Shown here one piece after another: positions 27,051 through 37,229 of a stretch of 64,000 nucleotides of DNA. Position numbers and translations under genes: made by a program. The notes under the pieces were generated by a model. It did no database searches. It saw only the letters and a list, made by a program, of their open reading frames with translations, and was not told the origin of the DNA. Position 1 is the stretch's first letter; each line of letters opens with the position of its first letter. The stretch comes from Kiritimatiellia bacterium (GTDB lineage Bacteria; Verrucomicrobiota; Kiritimatiellia; RFP12; UBA1067): contig JAEDKA010000008.1 of assembly GCA_016296065.1 (NCBI GenBank), forward strand, positions 10,180-74,179, read 5' to 3'.

Positions 27051-28643
27051 TCAGTCCTGGAACTGGGCCTTGACGGAGTCGAACTCGTCCGTGATCTCCT
27101 TCGACGGCTTTGGCGTGAGGAGCGAGACGACGACAGTGACGACGAACGCGAAGAGGAACCCGGGCGCGAGCTCGTAGAGGTGGAAGATCGAATCCGGCGA
27201 GGCCTCGCGCGCAGCATCGGCGAACGGAGCGAACTTCCACACGAAGCACGTCGTCGCGCCGACGAGCATTCCGCTCACCGCGCCGACGAGGTTCACCCTG
27301 CGCCAGAAGAGGGAGAGGAGGATGAGCGGACCGAACGATGCGCCGAATCCGCCCCAGGCGAACGACACCATCTTCATGACGACCTTGAAGAACTCGCTCT
27401 GCGTGTTCATCGCGAGTCCGATCGAGATGAGCGCGACCGCCCCGACGGCGAAGCGCGAGACGAATAGGAGTTCGCGGTTCGAGGCGTCCTTCTTGATGAC
27501 GATCTTGTAGAAGTCGTTGGAGAAGCTCGACGCGGAGACGAGGAGCTGCGAGTCGGCGGTGGACATGATGGCGGCCATGATGGCGGAGAGCAGGATGCCC
27601 GCGAAGACGCGCGCGACGAAGCCCGAGGAGAAGATGCCGTTGATCATGATCATGAAGCACTTCTCGGGATCGCCTCCGACGTCCGCGAGGGTGAGTCCGT
27701 GCTGCTTGAGGTAGATGTGGAAGACGAGTCCGATGACGACCGCCGCGCCGAGCGAGATCGTGACCCAGCTCATCGCGATGCGGCGCGAGCCCTTGACCTC
27801 GGCGGGGTTGTCGATGGACATGAAGCGCACGAGGATGTGGGGCATGCCGAAGTAGCCGAGGCCCCACGCCATGCACGAGGCGAGGCCGATGAAGCCTGCG
27901 GCCTTGCCGGTGGACGCGTTCGTGAAGAGCGACTGGAGGTAGGGGTTGATCTCGTTGAGCGCATCGACCGTGGAGGCGAAGCCGCCCGCGTTGCAGACGA
28001 CGATCGCCGGAACGAGCACGATCGCGACGAACATCAGCGCGCCCTGGATGAAGTCCGTCCAGCACACGGCCATGTATCCGCCCATCAGAGTGTAGCTTAC
28101 GACGACGATCGCGCCGATCCAGAGGCAGAGGGTGTAGCCCGACATCCCGCCGAGCGCGGCGATGTGGTCCGGTATGCCGAACGTCGTCGTGAAGAGCTTC
28201 GCGCACGACACGAACCCGGAGGCCGTGTAGAACGTGAAGAAGACTAGGATGATGAGCGCGGCCAGGATCCTGGATATCCCCGTCCTGTCCCTGAACCGGT
28301 TGCAGATGAAGTCGGGGATCGTTATCGAGTCGCCGCACGCCTGGGAGTACCGCCGGAGCCTGTGCGCGACTATCTTCCAGTTGAGGTACGTGCCGATGAG
28401 AAGCCCGATGCCGATCCACGCCTCGGAGAACCCGCCGACGTATATCGCGCCGGGGAGTCCCATCAGGAGCCAGCCGGACATGTCGGACGCCTGCGCGGAG
28501 AGCGCGACGACCCACTTGTTCATCTTGCGGCCACCAAGGTAGTAGTCGCCGAGGCTCTCCTGCCTGCTAGAGAAGAAAAAGCCTATTCCAAGCATGAGCG
28601 CGAGATATCCCGCGAACGCACCAAGCACGATGTAGTCCAGCAT
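27051..28643 (-). CDS. Sodium:solute symporter (SSS family, PutP-like)
   Basis: 530 aa. About 13 TM segments. YYLGGRKMN...ALSAQASDMSGWLLMGLPG N-terminal signature of the PutP/PanF group. Confidence 0.8.
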   Translation of the reverse strand: MLDYIVLGAFAGYLALMLGIGFFFSSRQESLGDYYLGGRKMNKWVVALSAQASDMSGWLLMGLPGAIYVGGFSEAWIGIGLLIGTYLNWKIVAHRLRRYSQACGDSITIPDFICNRFRDRTGISRILAALIILVFFTFYTASGFVSCAKLFTTTFGIPDHIAALGGMSGYTLCLWIGAIVVVSYTLMGGYMAVCWTDFIQGALMFVAIVLVPAIVVCNAGGFASTVDALNEINPYLQSLFTNASTGKAAGFIGLASCMAWGLGYFGMPHILVRFMSIDNPAEVKGSRRIAMSWVTISLGAAVVIGLVFHIYLKQHGLTLADVGGDPEKCFMIMINGIFSSGFVARVFAGILLSAIMAAIMSTADSQLLVSASSFSNDFYKIVIKKDASNRELLFVSRFAVGAVALISIGLAMNTQSEFFKVVMKMVSFAWGGFGASFGPLILLSLFWRRVNLVGAVSGMLVGATTCFVWKFAPFADAAREASPDSIFHLYELAPGFLFAFVVTVVVSLLTPKPSKEITDEFDSVKAQFQD

Positions 28644-28673
28644 GTTTGCTCCTATTTGTCCTATGTTTGTGGA

Positions 28674-28682
28674 ATTATACTA
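28674..28682 (-). promoter_or_regulatory. -10 TAGTATAAT, 30 nt before the SSS transporter ATG (AGGAG SD in leader)
   Basis: Read directly from the sequence. Confidence 0.45.
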
Positions 28683-28739
28683 TTTTCTGCCGAAAACCGC
28701 AATGCGCGACGGACAGCCAACAACACTCGCGGCGACAAG

Positions 28740-29669
28740 TCATACTATCTGGTACGGCTTGAACCTTTCTCTGTCCGCAGCCGTGGTGCCGCGCACATAG
28801 GCGTTCACCAGCTCCTGCGCGAGCGCAAGGTCGGATTCCGCAGCGAGGACCGGTATCGCCGCCGTCGGACCGACAATGCCGTTCGTCGGCTTCAGAACCG
28901 CCGCGAAGCTCCCCTTCCCCAGGAGCGCGTTTTCCCCCGCGTCGCGCCCGAGGATGACGGAGCTTCCGCCCGGCAGGCGGAACCGGCGCCCAACTGTGAG
29001 AAGATCGAGAAGCGCGCGCGACCCAAGCCCCTCGTGCTCCTTGAGGTCCTTCAGCTTGCGCCCGAAAGCCTCCTCGGTGAGCTTGCACCCTCCGGCCGGA
29101 GACGGATAGTCCGTTATCCCGAACTCCGCCGCAAGAGCGATCTGCCTCTCGCGCGAGCGCCCGGAGATGTCAAGCAGCTTCTCGCGGTCGAGAATGCCCT
29201 CGAGCTCGGGAATCGTCGGCTCCAACAGCTTCGCGGACATCGGACGCACGAGACGTCCCTTCATTCCGGACGCCTTTTCGACCGTGAGCAGCGACTGCGC
29301 GTTCTGCGACATCGGGCGCTGCCCGCGCACCTCGCCGGTCGCGACGAAGTCGTATCCGAGCTCGCGCATCATCTCTCCTGCCCGGCGGATCATCGCCGCG
29401 TGGCAGTCGATGCACGGATTCATCGCGCCGCCGAATCCGTGCGGCGGATTCTCAATAAGCGCAACCTCCTCGTCAGTGAAGTCCACGACATGCAGCTTCA
29501 CCCCCAGCGCCTGCGCGGCCCTCTTAGCCGCGTCCGCCTTGAAGAACGGCGTCTCGAACGCGACCGCCTCCACGTCCGCACCGGCCCGTTGCAAGACCCG
29601 CACCGCAAGCTGGCTGTCGAGCCCTCCGCTCATCAGGGACAGTCCCCTCGCCCTGCGCTTCTCCGTCAT
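28740..29669 (-). CDS. PP-loop ATP pyrophosphatase family protein (MnmA/ThiI-like tRNA sulfurtransferase type)
   Basis: SLMSGGLDS PP-loop and NPCIDCH cysteine motif. Confidence 0.55.
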   Translation of the reverse strand: MTEKRRARGLSLMSGGLDSQLAVRVLQRAGADVEAVAFETPFFKADAAKRAAQALGVKLHVVDFTDEEVALIENPPHGFGGAMNPCIDCHAAMIRRAGEMMRELGYDFVATGEVRGQRPMSQNAQSLLTVEKASGMKGRLVRPMSAKLLEPTIPELEGILDREKLLDISGRSRERQIALAAEFGITDYPSPAGGCKLTEEAFGRKLKDLKEHEGLGSRALLDLLTVGRRFRLPGGSSVILGRDAGENALLGKGSFAAVLKPTNGIVGPTAAIPVLAAESDLALAQELVNAYVRGTTAADRERFKPYQIV

Positions 29670-29717
29670 CTTCCCTTACTGCCTTTCCTGTTGCATTTCC
29701 CGCGCGCACGCCGCGCG

Positions 29718-32093
29718 TCACGCCCCCAAAACCCTCTCCGCGATTCGCACGGACTGCATCGCGTCCTTCGCGTAGAAGTCCGCGCCTATCGAGTCCGCGT
29801 AGTCCTGCGTCACCACCGCTCCGCCGACGAACGTCTTCGCGTCGACGCCTGCGGCCTTGAGCTGGCGGATCGTCTCCGCCATCGCGCCGACCGTCGTCGT
29901 CATAAGCGCCGAAAGTCCGACCATGCCGGCGCCGCACGCCTTCGCGCGTTCGACAATCGCCTCGGGCGCCACGTCCCTGCCGAGGTCTATCACGTCGAAG
30001 CCGTAGTTTTCGAGCAGCGCCCTCACGATGTTCTTGCCGATGTCGTGGATGTCGCCTTTCACCGTGGCTATGACGATCGGACGCCGACCGGAGACGCGCG
30101 ACGCCCCGTCCGCCGCCTTCATGCCATCCCTGCGAACGACCGCGAAAGCGTCGCCCGCGGCGTCCGCAGCCATGAGGAGCTGCGGAAGAAACGCCGTTCC
30201 CTTCTCGAACGCGTCGCCGACGAGTTCGAGTGCCGGGACGATCCCCTTCTCGATCACCTCCATCGCACCAGCGCCAGCGGCGAGCATGGCCTTCGCCGCT
30301 GCGGCCGCGTCGTCCCTGAGTCCGCGCCGTATCGCCGCGCCGAGCGCCTGCGCGCCGCCTTCGGCGCCTTTCGCGGACGCCACGGGCGCTGCTGGCTGTG
30401 CAGCGGCGTTAAGCGCGATCCACTTCTCGCAGTTCCTGTCGCGCGCAAGGAGAACGTCCTCCGCGGCCTGGTCGATTACGTCGCGTATGAGCGTCGGATT
30501 CGCGATTGCCGAGGAAAGTCCGTTCCTCTTCGCGAGCGCGTACATCGCGTTGTTGAGCACAGGGCGGTTCGGGAGCCCGAACGAAACGTTGGAGACTCCG
30601 AGCACAGTGTTGACGCCGAGTTCCTCCGTAAGGCGGCGTACAGTCTCGAGCGTGACGACGGCGGCCTGCGGATCGGCGCTCACGGCAAGCGTAAGCGCGT
30701 CGAAGACGAAGTCCGACTTCGCGAAGCCGTACTTCGCGCCCTCGTCAAGTATCCGCCGCGCGATCGCGATGCGCCCGTCGGCTGTTGCAGGAATCCCCGA
30801 CTCGTCGAGGCAGAGCCCTACGATCGCGCCGCCGTACTTCTTCACGATTGGGAAGACCGCGTCCATCGACTCGCGCTTTCCGTTCACCGAGTTGACGAGC
30901 GGCTTTCCGTTCACGCGCCTCAGCGCGCGCTCTAGCGCGACGGGATCGGCCGTGTCCACCTGTATCGGACACGCGGCGACGCTCTGCACCGTCTCGACGG
31001 TCCGCTCCAGCGTCGCGGCCTCGTCGATTCCAGGAACGCCGCAGTTGACGTCAAGAACCTCAGCCCCCGCGTCGATCTGCTTCACCGCCTCGCGAAGCAC
31101 GTACGCCGTGTCGCCTCGCAGATACGCCTCCTTGAGCAGCTTCTTCCCCGTCGGGTTTATGCGCTCGCCGATGACAAGCCCCGCGTGCGGTCTCAGCTCC
31201 ACTACGCCCGTTCCGGACGAGACGACGGTCCGCGGTACGGGGGCGGGGAGCCGGGCGGCCGAAGCGCCGGAGAGGGAATCGCGGACGGCGGCGATGTGGG
31301 CGGGGGTGGTTCCGCAGCAGCCTCCTACGATCGACGCGCCGGCGTCGACAAGCTTCGCAACGGTCTTGGCGAACTCCTCCGGTCCCACGGTGAACACCGT
31401 CTTCCCGTCCACGATCTTCGGCATCCCCGCGTTGGGCTTCACGATGATCGGCCTCGTCGAGACCTTCGCGAGCCGTTCCACGAACGGAAGCATCCTGTCC
31501 GGACCGAGCCCGCAGTTGAATCCGTACGCGTCGACGCCGAGCGACTCGAGGAGCGTCGCGACGCATTCGACCGACGCGCCGGTCAGGAGCTTGCCCGACT
31601 CGTCGAGTGCAACCGTCGCGTACACGGGAAGGTTCGAGTTCAGCTTCGCGGCGAGGACGGCGGCCTTCAGCTCGCGCGTATCGCCCATCGTCTCGACAAA
31701 CACAAGGTCCGCGCCCGCCTCCGCTCCGAAGCGGACCATCTCCGCGAACGCCTCGTACGCGTCGTCGAAGTCAAGGTCTCCTGCGGGCTTGAGAAGCCTG
31801 CCCGTCGGACCGATGTCGAGTGCGACCTTGGCGGACGCCGCGCCGCGGCGCGCGATGGAGATCGCGGAAGCGACGAGCTCTTTCAGGTCGTAGGGTCCGT
31901 GGTACTTGAGCCGGTTAGCGCCGAACGTGTTCGCAAGCACGATGCGCGAGCCGGACTCTGCATACGCGCGATGGACGGACGCCACTGCGTCCGGATTCTC
32001 CACGTTCCAGTCCGTCGGATCCTTCCCGGGCGGCAGTCCCGCCGCCTGCACCATCGTGCCGAAGCCTCCGTCGAGAAAATCAATCCCTTCCAT
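29718..32093 (-). CDS. metH: Cobalamin-dependent methionine synthase, three-module form (Hcy-binding, pterin-binding, B12-binding) lacking the reactivation domain
   Basis: 791 aa. GGCCGTTP, pterin-binding barrel, DIHDIGKNIV B12 motif. Confidence 0.85.
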   Translation of the reverse strand: MEGIDFLDGGFGTMVQAAGLPPGKDPTDWNVENPDAVASVHRAYAESGSRIVLANTFGANRLKYHGPYDLKELVASAISIARRGAASAKVALDIGPTGRLLKPAGDLDFDDAYEAFAEMVRFGAEAGADLVFVETMGDTRELKAAVLAAKLNSNLPVYATVALDESGKLLTGASVECVATLLESLGVDAYGFNCGLGPDRMLPFVERLAKVSTRPIIVKPNAGMPKIVDGKTVFTVGPEEFAKTVAKLVDAGASIVGGCCGTTPAHIAAVRDSLSGASAARLPAPVPRTVVSSGTGVVELRPHAGLVIGERINPTGKKLLKEAYLRGDTAYVLREAVKQIDAGAEVLDVNCGVPGIDEAATLERTVETVQSVAACPIQVDTADPVALERALRRVNGKPLVNSVNGKRESMDAVFPIVKKYGGAIVGLCLDESGIPATADGRIAIARRILDEGAKYGFAKSDFVFDALTLAVSADPQAAVVTLETVRRLTEELGVNTVLGVSNVSFGLPNRPVLNNAMYALAKRNGLSSAIANPTLIRDVIDQAAEDVLLARDRNCEKWIALNAAAQPAAPVASAKGAEGGAQALGAAIRRGLRDDAAAAAKAMLAAGAGAMEVIEKGIVPALELVGDAFEKGTAFLPQLLMAADAAGDAFAVVRRDGMKAADGASRVSGRRPIVIATVKGDIHDIGKNIVRALLENYGFDVIDLGRDVAPEAIVERAKACGAGMVGLSALMTTTVGAMAETIRQLKAAGVDAKTFVGGAVVTQDYADSIGADFYAKDAMQSVRIAERVLGA

Positions 32094-32520
32094 CGCATCC
32101 TCCGATCTCGCATATGGCCGTCACGCTCTTTGACGGAACAAGCAGACAGGAATCCGTCACGGCGACTCCGATGCGGCGCGTCGCCTCGAGCCGGTCGACT
32201 ATCTCGCGGCTGAGCGAGAGCGGCATCTCGCCGTAGCCCGGCGAGCGGCGCGGCATGAGCTTCTCGCCCGGAGCGAGCGACGCGCGCGCCTCCGCCTCTA
32301 GTCGGTCCATCTCGCGCTCGACGGCGTCGAGCCCTATCTGCTGCGAAAAGTACGCGTCTGCGCCGCTCAGCGCGGCGAGCCTGCGCTGCCAGGCGTCGAA
32401 AGCAGCACCGAGCGTGCCGCACATGTACACGCGCCCGCCGAAGCGCGCCCACACGCCCTTGGCCTCTACCGGCGCCTCGCGCTCGAGCTCGGCCCTTCTG
32501 ATGTCGCACGCGCCGCTCAT
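32080..32520 (-). CDS. Stand-alone methionine synthase activation (AdoMet-binding)-like domain protein
   Basis: 146 aa (..RRSPGYGEMPLS..). Start overlaps the metF stop, and its 3' end overlaps the metH start by 14 nt. Only the C-terminal third of ORF 32080-33177 is credible. Confidence 0.5.
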   Translation of the reverse strand: MSGACDIRRAELEREAPVEAKGVWARFGGRVYMCGTLGAAFDAWQRRLAALSGADAYFSQQIGLDAVEREMDRLEAEARASLAPGEKLMPRRSPGYGEMPLSLSREIVDRLEATRRIGVAVTDSCLLVPSKSVTAICEIGGCDGRD

Positions 32521-33386
32521 CGGACGAGTATTCCCGCGAGGTTGTCCATTATGCGGCGGGCGAGCTCTGGCTTGTTCATCGTGTAGACATGGACATGTCC
32601 GACGCCGTTCGCGAAAAGGTCGATAATCTGCTCCGTCGCATAGGCTACGCCCGCGTCGAGCATCGCCGCCGGATCGTCCCCGAAGCGGTCCACGATCGCG
32701 CGAAAACGCGGCGGCAGGCTCGTCCCCGAAAGCTCGCAGATGCGCGCGATCTGGCGTCCGTTGGTGACGGGCATTATGCCCGCCACGACCGGAACCGTCA
32801 CGCCGGCGTCCCGCAGCCTCGCGAGGTAGTGGAAGTAGACGTTGTTGTCGAAGAACATCTGCGTAGTGAGGAAATCCAGCCCTGCGTCGACCTTCTCCTT
32901 CACGTGCGCTATGTCGTCGGTGAAGTGCGCGCTCTCGGGGTGCACCTCGGGATAGCACGCCCCGCCGAGGCAGAATCCCTTCCCGGAAAGCTCCCTTACG
33001 AGATCCGACGCGTGCATGAACGCCGCGTTGCCGGGGAACTCGATTCCGGGGGGACAGTCCCCGCGCAAGCAGAGGATGTTCTCGATTCCCGCCTCGCGGA
33101 AGGACTCCACCTCGCGCCCTATCGACTCGCGCGTCGCCCCGACGCAGGTGAGATGCGCGAGGACGGGAACTCCGCACGACTTCTGGACGTGCTCGGCGAT
33201 CGCGCGCGTGTTCGCGCCGGTCGAACCGCCCGCCGCGCCGTACGTCACGGACATGAACGAAGGCGCCGCCGCGGCGATCTGCGCGACAATCTCCTTCGTG
33301 CCCTCGAGCGGACGGTCCTTCTTCGGCGGGAAGACCTCGAACGAGACCGACGGACCTCCCTTTGCAAGTATCTCTGATATCTTCAT
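32517..33386 (-). CDS. metF: 5,10-methylenetetrahydrofolate reductase
   Basis: SFEVFPPK, ENILCLRGD, FLTTQMFFD motifs. ATG is 6 nt downstream of TGGTATAAT. Confidence 0.9.
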   Translation of the reverse strand: MKISEILAKGGPSVSFEVFPPKKDRPLEGTKEIVAQIAAAAPSFMSVTYGAAGGSTGANTRAIAEHVQKSCGVPVLAHLTCVGATRESIGREVESFREAGIENILCLRGDCPPGIEFPGNAAFMHASDLVRELSGKGFCLGGACYPEVHPESAHFTDDIAHVKEKVDAGLDFLTTQMFFDNNVYFHYLARLRDAGVTVPVVAGIMPVTNGRQIARICELSGTSLPPRFRAIVDRFGDDPAAMLDAGVAYATEQIIDLFANGVGHVHVYTMNKPELARRIMDNLAGILVR

Positions 33387-33392
33387 GTGCGT

Positions 33393-33401
33393 ATTATACC
33401 A
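33393..33401 (-). promoter_or_regulatory. Extended -10 TGGTATAAT, 6 nt before the metF ATG
   Basis: Read directly from the sequence. Confidence 0.6.
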
Positions 33402-33431
33402 TTTCCCGACAATCGATTGCCGCGTTTGCGG

Positions 33432-34334
33432 TCAGATAAGGCAGAGGAGCGCTACGCCGGCGAGGATTGCCGCAAGCGCGAACGCCTTGCGGCGCAGGTT
33501 TGACTCACGGAACACGGCCCCTCCAAGGAAGAATGTTAGGACTACGCTCGAGCGGCGTATCATGCTGAGAACTGATATCCGCGCCCCCTCCGAGCCCACG
33601 GCATTGAAATAGCATGCGTCCGACAGCGCCAGCAGGATTCCCACGAGCGGAATCGTCCAGCGGAAGGCGAACGGATGCGTTGCAAGCGCCGCACCGTCCG
33701 GAACGCGTCCGCGGAGCCTCCGCCCCAGCGTCGCCGCCGCGTATATTGCGCACATCCCGCCCATGAACCACCAGAGGACGGTTCCGGTCGGAATCGCCAG
33801 GTCCTTGAGAAGATGCTTGTCGTAAAGCGCCGAGCAGCTGCCGAGGACGGTCCCGAGGAACGCAAGCCACACCGCCCTGTCGCGCCTGAAGTCAATCCCC
33901 TCGTGGGCCGCGGAGCGCGAAAAGAGCACACAGCCCGCGACAACCAGCGCCATGCCAAGCGCCTGGACGGGGGTGGGGACTTCCGCGAAGAGCACGACGG
34001 CACCGATAAGAGTCCACAGCGGACCAGTTGCGCGGATTGGCGCGGCGCAGGTTATCGGAAGCGTTCTGAGCGCCATGTAGGTAGCCGTCCAGCTCGCGCC
34101 GACTATGCAGCTCTTCACGAGAAGCAGGGCGACATGGGCGGGCGGCAGCGACACGGCCGCGGCAAATGTGCCGCGCCAGACGAGACACGCCGTCACGGCG
34201 AGCCACCCCGACGCCGTACTCCCGAGCAGCGTCGGGAACACGGCGTTGCCGCTCACCGACGCCTTCTTGCTTAGGTCGTAGAGGCTTAGGACGACGCACG
34301 AGGCGAGTATCCAGCCGAGCCAGTGCTGCTGCAT
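33432..34334 (-). CDS. EamA/DMT-family transporter
   Basis: 300 aa. Ten hydrophobic segments in two EamA-like halves. Confidence 0.7.
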   Translation of the reverse strand: MQQHWLGWILASCVVLSLYDLSKKASVSGNAVFPTLLGSTASGWLAVTACLVWRGTFAAAVSLPPAHVALLLVKSCIVGASWTATYMALRTLPITCAAPIRATGPLWTLIGAVVLFAEVPTPVQALGMALVVAGCVLFSRSAAHEGIDFRRDRAVWLAFLGTVLGSCSALYDKHLLKDLAIPTGTVLWWFMGGMCAIYAAATLGRRLRGRVPDGAALATHPFAFRWTIPLVGILLALSDACYFNAVGSEGARISVLSMIRRSSVVLTFFLGGAVFRESNLRRKAFALAAILAGVALLCLI

Positions 34335-34353
34335 GGAATCGCCGCAGAGTCCG

Positions 34354-35577
34354 TCAGAGGACTTTCCTGATGCGCTCGACCGCCTCGAGGACGTTGGCGC
34401 GGGAGTTGAATGAGGAGATGCGGATGTATCCCTCTCCTGCCTTTCCGAATCCGGCGCCAGGAGTCGTGACGACGTTGGCCTCCTTGAGGAGCTTGTCGAA
34501 GAACTCCCAGCTGTCGCCCTTCACGTTCACCCAGAGATACGGCGAGTTGCCTCCGCCCGTCACCTCGTACCCGAGCGCGGAGAGAGCCTCCTTCATGAGT
34601 CGTCCGTTCTCGAGATAGAAGTCGATCGTCGCCTTCGTCTGCGCCTGGCCCTCGGGCGAATAGATAGCCTCCGCGCCGCGCTGGGTGATGTAGCTCGCAC
34701 CGTTGAACTTCGTCGTCTGGCGGCGCGTCCACATGGGACGGAGCTCGACCGGCGAACCGTCCGACGCGAAAGCGACAAGCCCCTTCGGGACAACGGTGTA
34801 TCCGCAGCGCACTCCGGTGAAACCGGCGGTCTTCGAATAGCTGCGGAACTCTATCGCGCACTTGCGCGCACCCTCGCACTCGTAGATGGAGTGGGGAATC
34901 CCGGGCGTCCTGATGAACGCCTCGTACGCCGCGTCGAAGAGGATGAGCGACTTCCTGTCGTTCGCCCAGTCGACCCACTTCTGAAGCTGCGCCTTAGTCG
35001 CGACAGCGCCGGTCGGGTTGTTCGGATAGCAAAGGTACACGATGTCCGCATCGCCTGCCGCCTCCGGGCCGGGGACGAATCCGTTGGACGCGTCGCACGT
35101 GAGGTACGTAAGCCCGCCGTAGCGTCCGCCCTCGTTCGCGCCCGTGCGGCCCGCCATCACGTTCGTGTCGACGTACACCGGATAGACGGGATCGCCGACC
35201 GCAATCTTGACGTCGTTTCCGAAGAGTTCCTGTATGTTGCCGCAGTCGCACTTCGCGCCGTCGGAGATGAATATCTCGTCAGCGGCGATGTCGATGCCGC
35301 GGTCCTGGAAGTCGACCTTCGACGCCTTCTCGCGCAGGAACGCGTAGCCCTGCTCGGGGCCGTAGCCGTGGAAGTTCTCGCGCGCCGCCTCGTCGTCGAC
35401 TGCCTTGTGCATGGCCTTCACGACTGCGTCGCAGAGAGGCTCGGTGACGTCGCCTATTCCGAGGCGGATGATCTTCGCGTCCGGGTTCGCCGCCTGGTGC
35501 GCGGAGACGCGGTGCGCTATTTCGGTAAACAGGTAGCTGGCCTGGATCTTGGAGTAGTTTTCGTTAACGTGGAGCAT
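34354..35577 (-). CDS. dapL: LL-diaminopimelate aminotransferase
   Basis: N-terminal [17 protein letters not shown], and [15 protein letters not shown] with the PLP lysine. 407 aa. Confidence 0.8.
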   Translation of the reverse strand: MLHVNENYSKIQASYLFTEIAHRVSAHQAANPDAKIIRLGIGDVTEPLCDAVVKAMHKAVDDEAARENFHGYGPEQGYAFLREKASKVDFQDRGIDIAADEIFISDGAKCDCGNIQELFGNDVKIAVGDPVYPVYVDTNVMAGRTGANEGGRYGGLTYLTCDASNGFVPGPEAAGDADIVYLCYPNNPTGAVATKAQLQKWVDWANDRKSLILFDAAYEAFIRTPGIPHSIYECEGARKCAIEFRSYSKTAGFTGVRCGYTVVPKGLVAFASDGSPVELRPMWTRRQTTKFNGASYITQRGAEAIYSPEGQAQTKATIDFYLENGRLMKEALSALGYEVTGGGNSPYLWVNVKGDSWEFFDKLLKEANVVTTPGAGFGKAGEGYIRISSFNSRANVLEAVERIRKVL

Positions 35578-35621
35578 AGGGTTAAATCATGAATTATGGA
35601 TGATGAACTGTGGGTTGTGGA

Positions 35622-37229
35622 TTACGAATGGTGGCGATTGTCGTCGCGCTTCTTAAGGCGTGGAAGGAATCCGTCTATGCACGCGAGCGAGACGAAGAAC
35701 AGCGAAAGCACTGCCGGCGAACGCAGGGGACAGTCCCCGAAGCCGTGGATGAAAGTGGCGACCGCAGTCGCGAGGATGCAGAACACCGGCGCGGGGATGA
35801 CGAACAGCTGCACAGGCTGCGGCGGCTGCTCCTTCGTCGGGATAAACCGGACGGAATCGACCATAGCCCTCCACACCCTGCCGATGGGCATGAGCAGAAG
35901 CACCACGATTGCCACCATGAGTCCGAATCCGACGAGTCCGTGCTCGGCCAGGAACTGGAGGTAGTCGTTATGGACGTTCACGCCGCCGACCATCTGGATC
36001 TGCCGCAGCTCCTTGTCCGTCATGTACTGGAGGCAGAAGTGCTTGTAGCCCCAGCCGCCTATGCCGAACGCAAAGTTGTCCTTCCATATCTCGGTGGCGA
36101 CGCGGACGTGGTACTGCCCCTTGCCCGTGACGCGGTCCAGGACCTCCGTCGTGTTCAGCGTGTTGACCTCGCGCTGGAGGTCCTCCGGCATGAACATCAC
36201 CGCACACATCGCAATCAGCGCGAGGACGAGCACGCTAAGCGCGCCGGCCCTCACGCGCTGCGCCTTCTTCATCTTCGCAAAGGAGCAGACGAACGTGTGG
36301 AGGAAGAAAACAATCGCGAGGCCCGTCACGAGCATCACCGCCGCACGGGAGAGCGTGTCGAGCGCGCAGAAGAAGAATATGACGGCGGGGATGAGGTAGT
36401 AGTGCCGCTTCCAGAACTGACCTTCCTTCTTCGGCGCGGACGAACCGTGGTGGTGGTGGTGGTGATGCGACTGCACCGCCTCGCCGCCCGGCGCTACCTC
36501 GGCGCCAGGCGCCGGTGCGGGCGAAGGCGCCTTGATCGTCGATGGGGTGCGGGCGGACTCGTCAAGCTGCCAGCGCCAGAGCCCCACTGACAGTCCGAAC
36601 AGCGTCGTAAAGTAGTCGCCGGCCATGTTCGGATACCCGAACGTCGAGAAGAAATAGGCGCTCTGGTAGCATTCCTCCACCCACAGCGGCCCCTTTGCCT
36701 CAGTCATCTGCTGTATCGCGCCTATCACTCCGAGGGCAAGTCCGTTCCACACAATCATCGCAAGGAACGTCCGCTTGCCCTTCTTCAGGAGCGCATGCTT
36801 TGCCGCGACGGTGGCGGTGAGAGTCGGGACGAACCACATGACGACGTTCAGATGCTCCATGCGGTTCACGCAGAACGGAATGAACGGAATCAGCGGCTTG
36901 GGATCCGCCCCCGCCTGTATCGCGGGATAGTCGCACACCGGACACAGCCCGACGTTGAAGAACGGCACAAGGAGCAGCAGGACGAGCCCAAGCGACACCC
37001 ACACGAGCGGATCACCGCGCATCGCCTCCCAGACGCGCGAGCGCGCCTCGTATGTGGTCTCCCCCTCGTGCCTCTGCGGAAAGCACAGCATGACCTCCAG
37101 CAGAAAGGCCGTAAGCCACGGCATGACAGGAAGGATGTAGTCCGCCTTGGCGCCGCCGAACAGCCAAGCGAACGCCGCGCAAACCGCGAACACATGGAAC
37201 ACCGCTATGTTATTGTAGAGAAACTGCAT
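35622..37229 (-). CDS. O-antigen ligase/polymerase-like (Wzy_C) integral membrane protein with internal His7 run
   Basis: HNDYLQFLAEHGLVGFGLM motif, polytopic. Start moved to MQFLYNN. Confidence 0.65.
   Translation of the reverse strand: MQFLYNNIAVFHVFAVCAAFAWLFGGAKADYILPVMPWLTAFLLEVMLCFPQRHEGETTYEARSRVWEAMRGDPLVWVSLGLVLLLLVPFFNVGLCPVCDYPAIQAGADPKPLIPFIPFCVNRMEHLNVVMWFVPTLTATVAAKHALLKKGKRTFLAMIVWNGLALGVIGAIQQMTEAKGPLWVEECYQSAYFFSTFGYPNMAGDYFTTLFGLSVGLWRWQLDESARTPSTIKAPSPAPAPGAEVAPGGEAVQSHHHHHHHGSSAPKKEGQFWKRHYYLIPAVIFFFCALDTLSRAAVMLVTGLAIVFFLHTFVCSFAKMKKAQRVRAGALSVLVLALIAMCAVMFMPEDLQREVNTLNTTEVLDRVTGKGQYHVRVATEIWKDNFAFGIGGWGYKHFCLQYMTDKELRQIQMVGGVNVHNDYLQFLAEHGLVGFGLMVAIVVLLLMPIGRVWRAMVDSVRFIPTKEQPPQPVQLFVIPAPVFCILATAVATFIHGFGDCPLRSPAVLSLFFVSLACIDGFLPRLKKRDDNRHHS

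Noticed and set aside
27026-27217. Ser/Arg-rich 64-aa N-terminal extension of the LpxI-like ORF (similar Arg-rich extensions at 19368-19556, 20441-20584, 20779-21069, 22746-23165, 23183-23278, 38281-38370)
   Set aside because: The extensions overlap the 3' ends of upstream genes, have non-protein-like composition, and precede an internal Met that matches the expected family N-terminus.
28362-30935. 857-aa plus-strand ORF spanning several minus-strand genes
   Set aside because: It crosses the SSS transporter, PP-loop and metH genes in antisense. Its composition is Arg-dominated. It is an artefact of stop-codon paucity.
32521-33177. N-terminal two-thirds of ORF 32080-33177
   Set aside because: It is entirely out of frame within metF and Arg/Gly-rich. 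Only the last 146 codons, beginning at the metF stop, look protein-like.
33387-33431. Riboswitch (SAM/B12/THF) upstream of metF-metH
   Set aside because: Only 45 nt separate metF from the upstream stop, and the -10 box is 6 nt from the ATG. There is no room for an aptamer.
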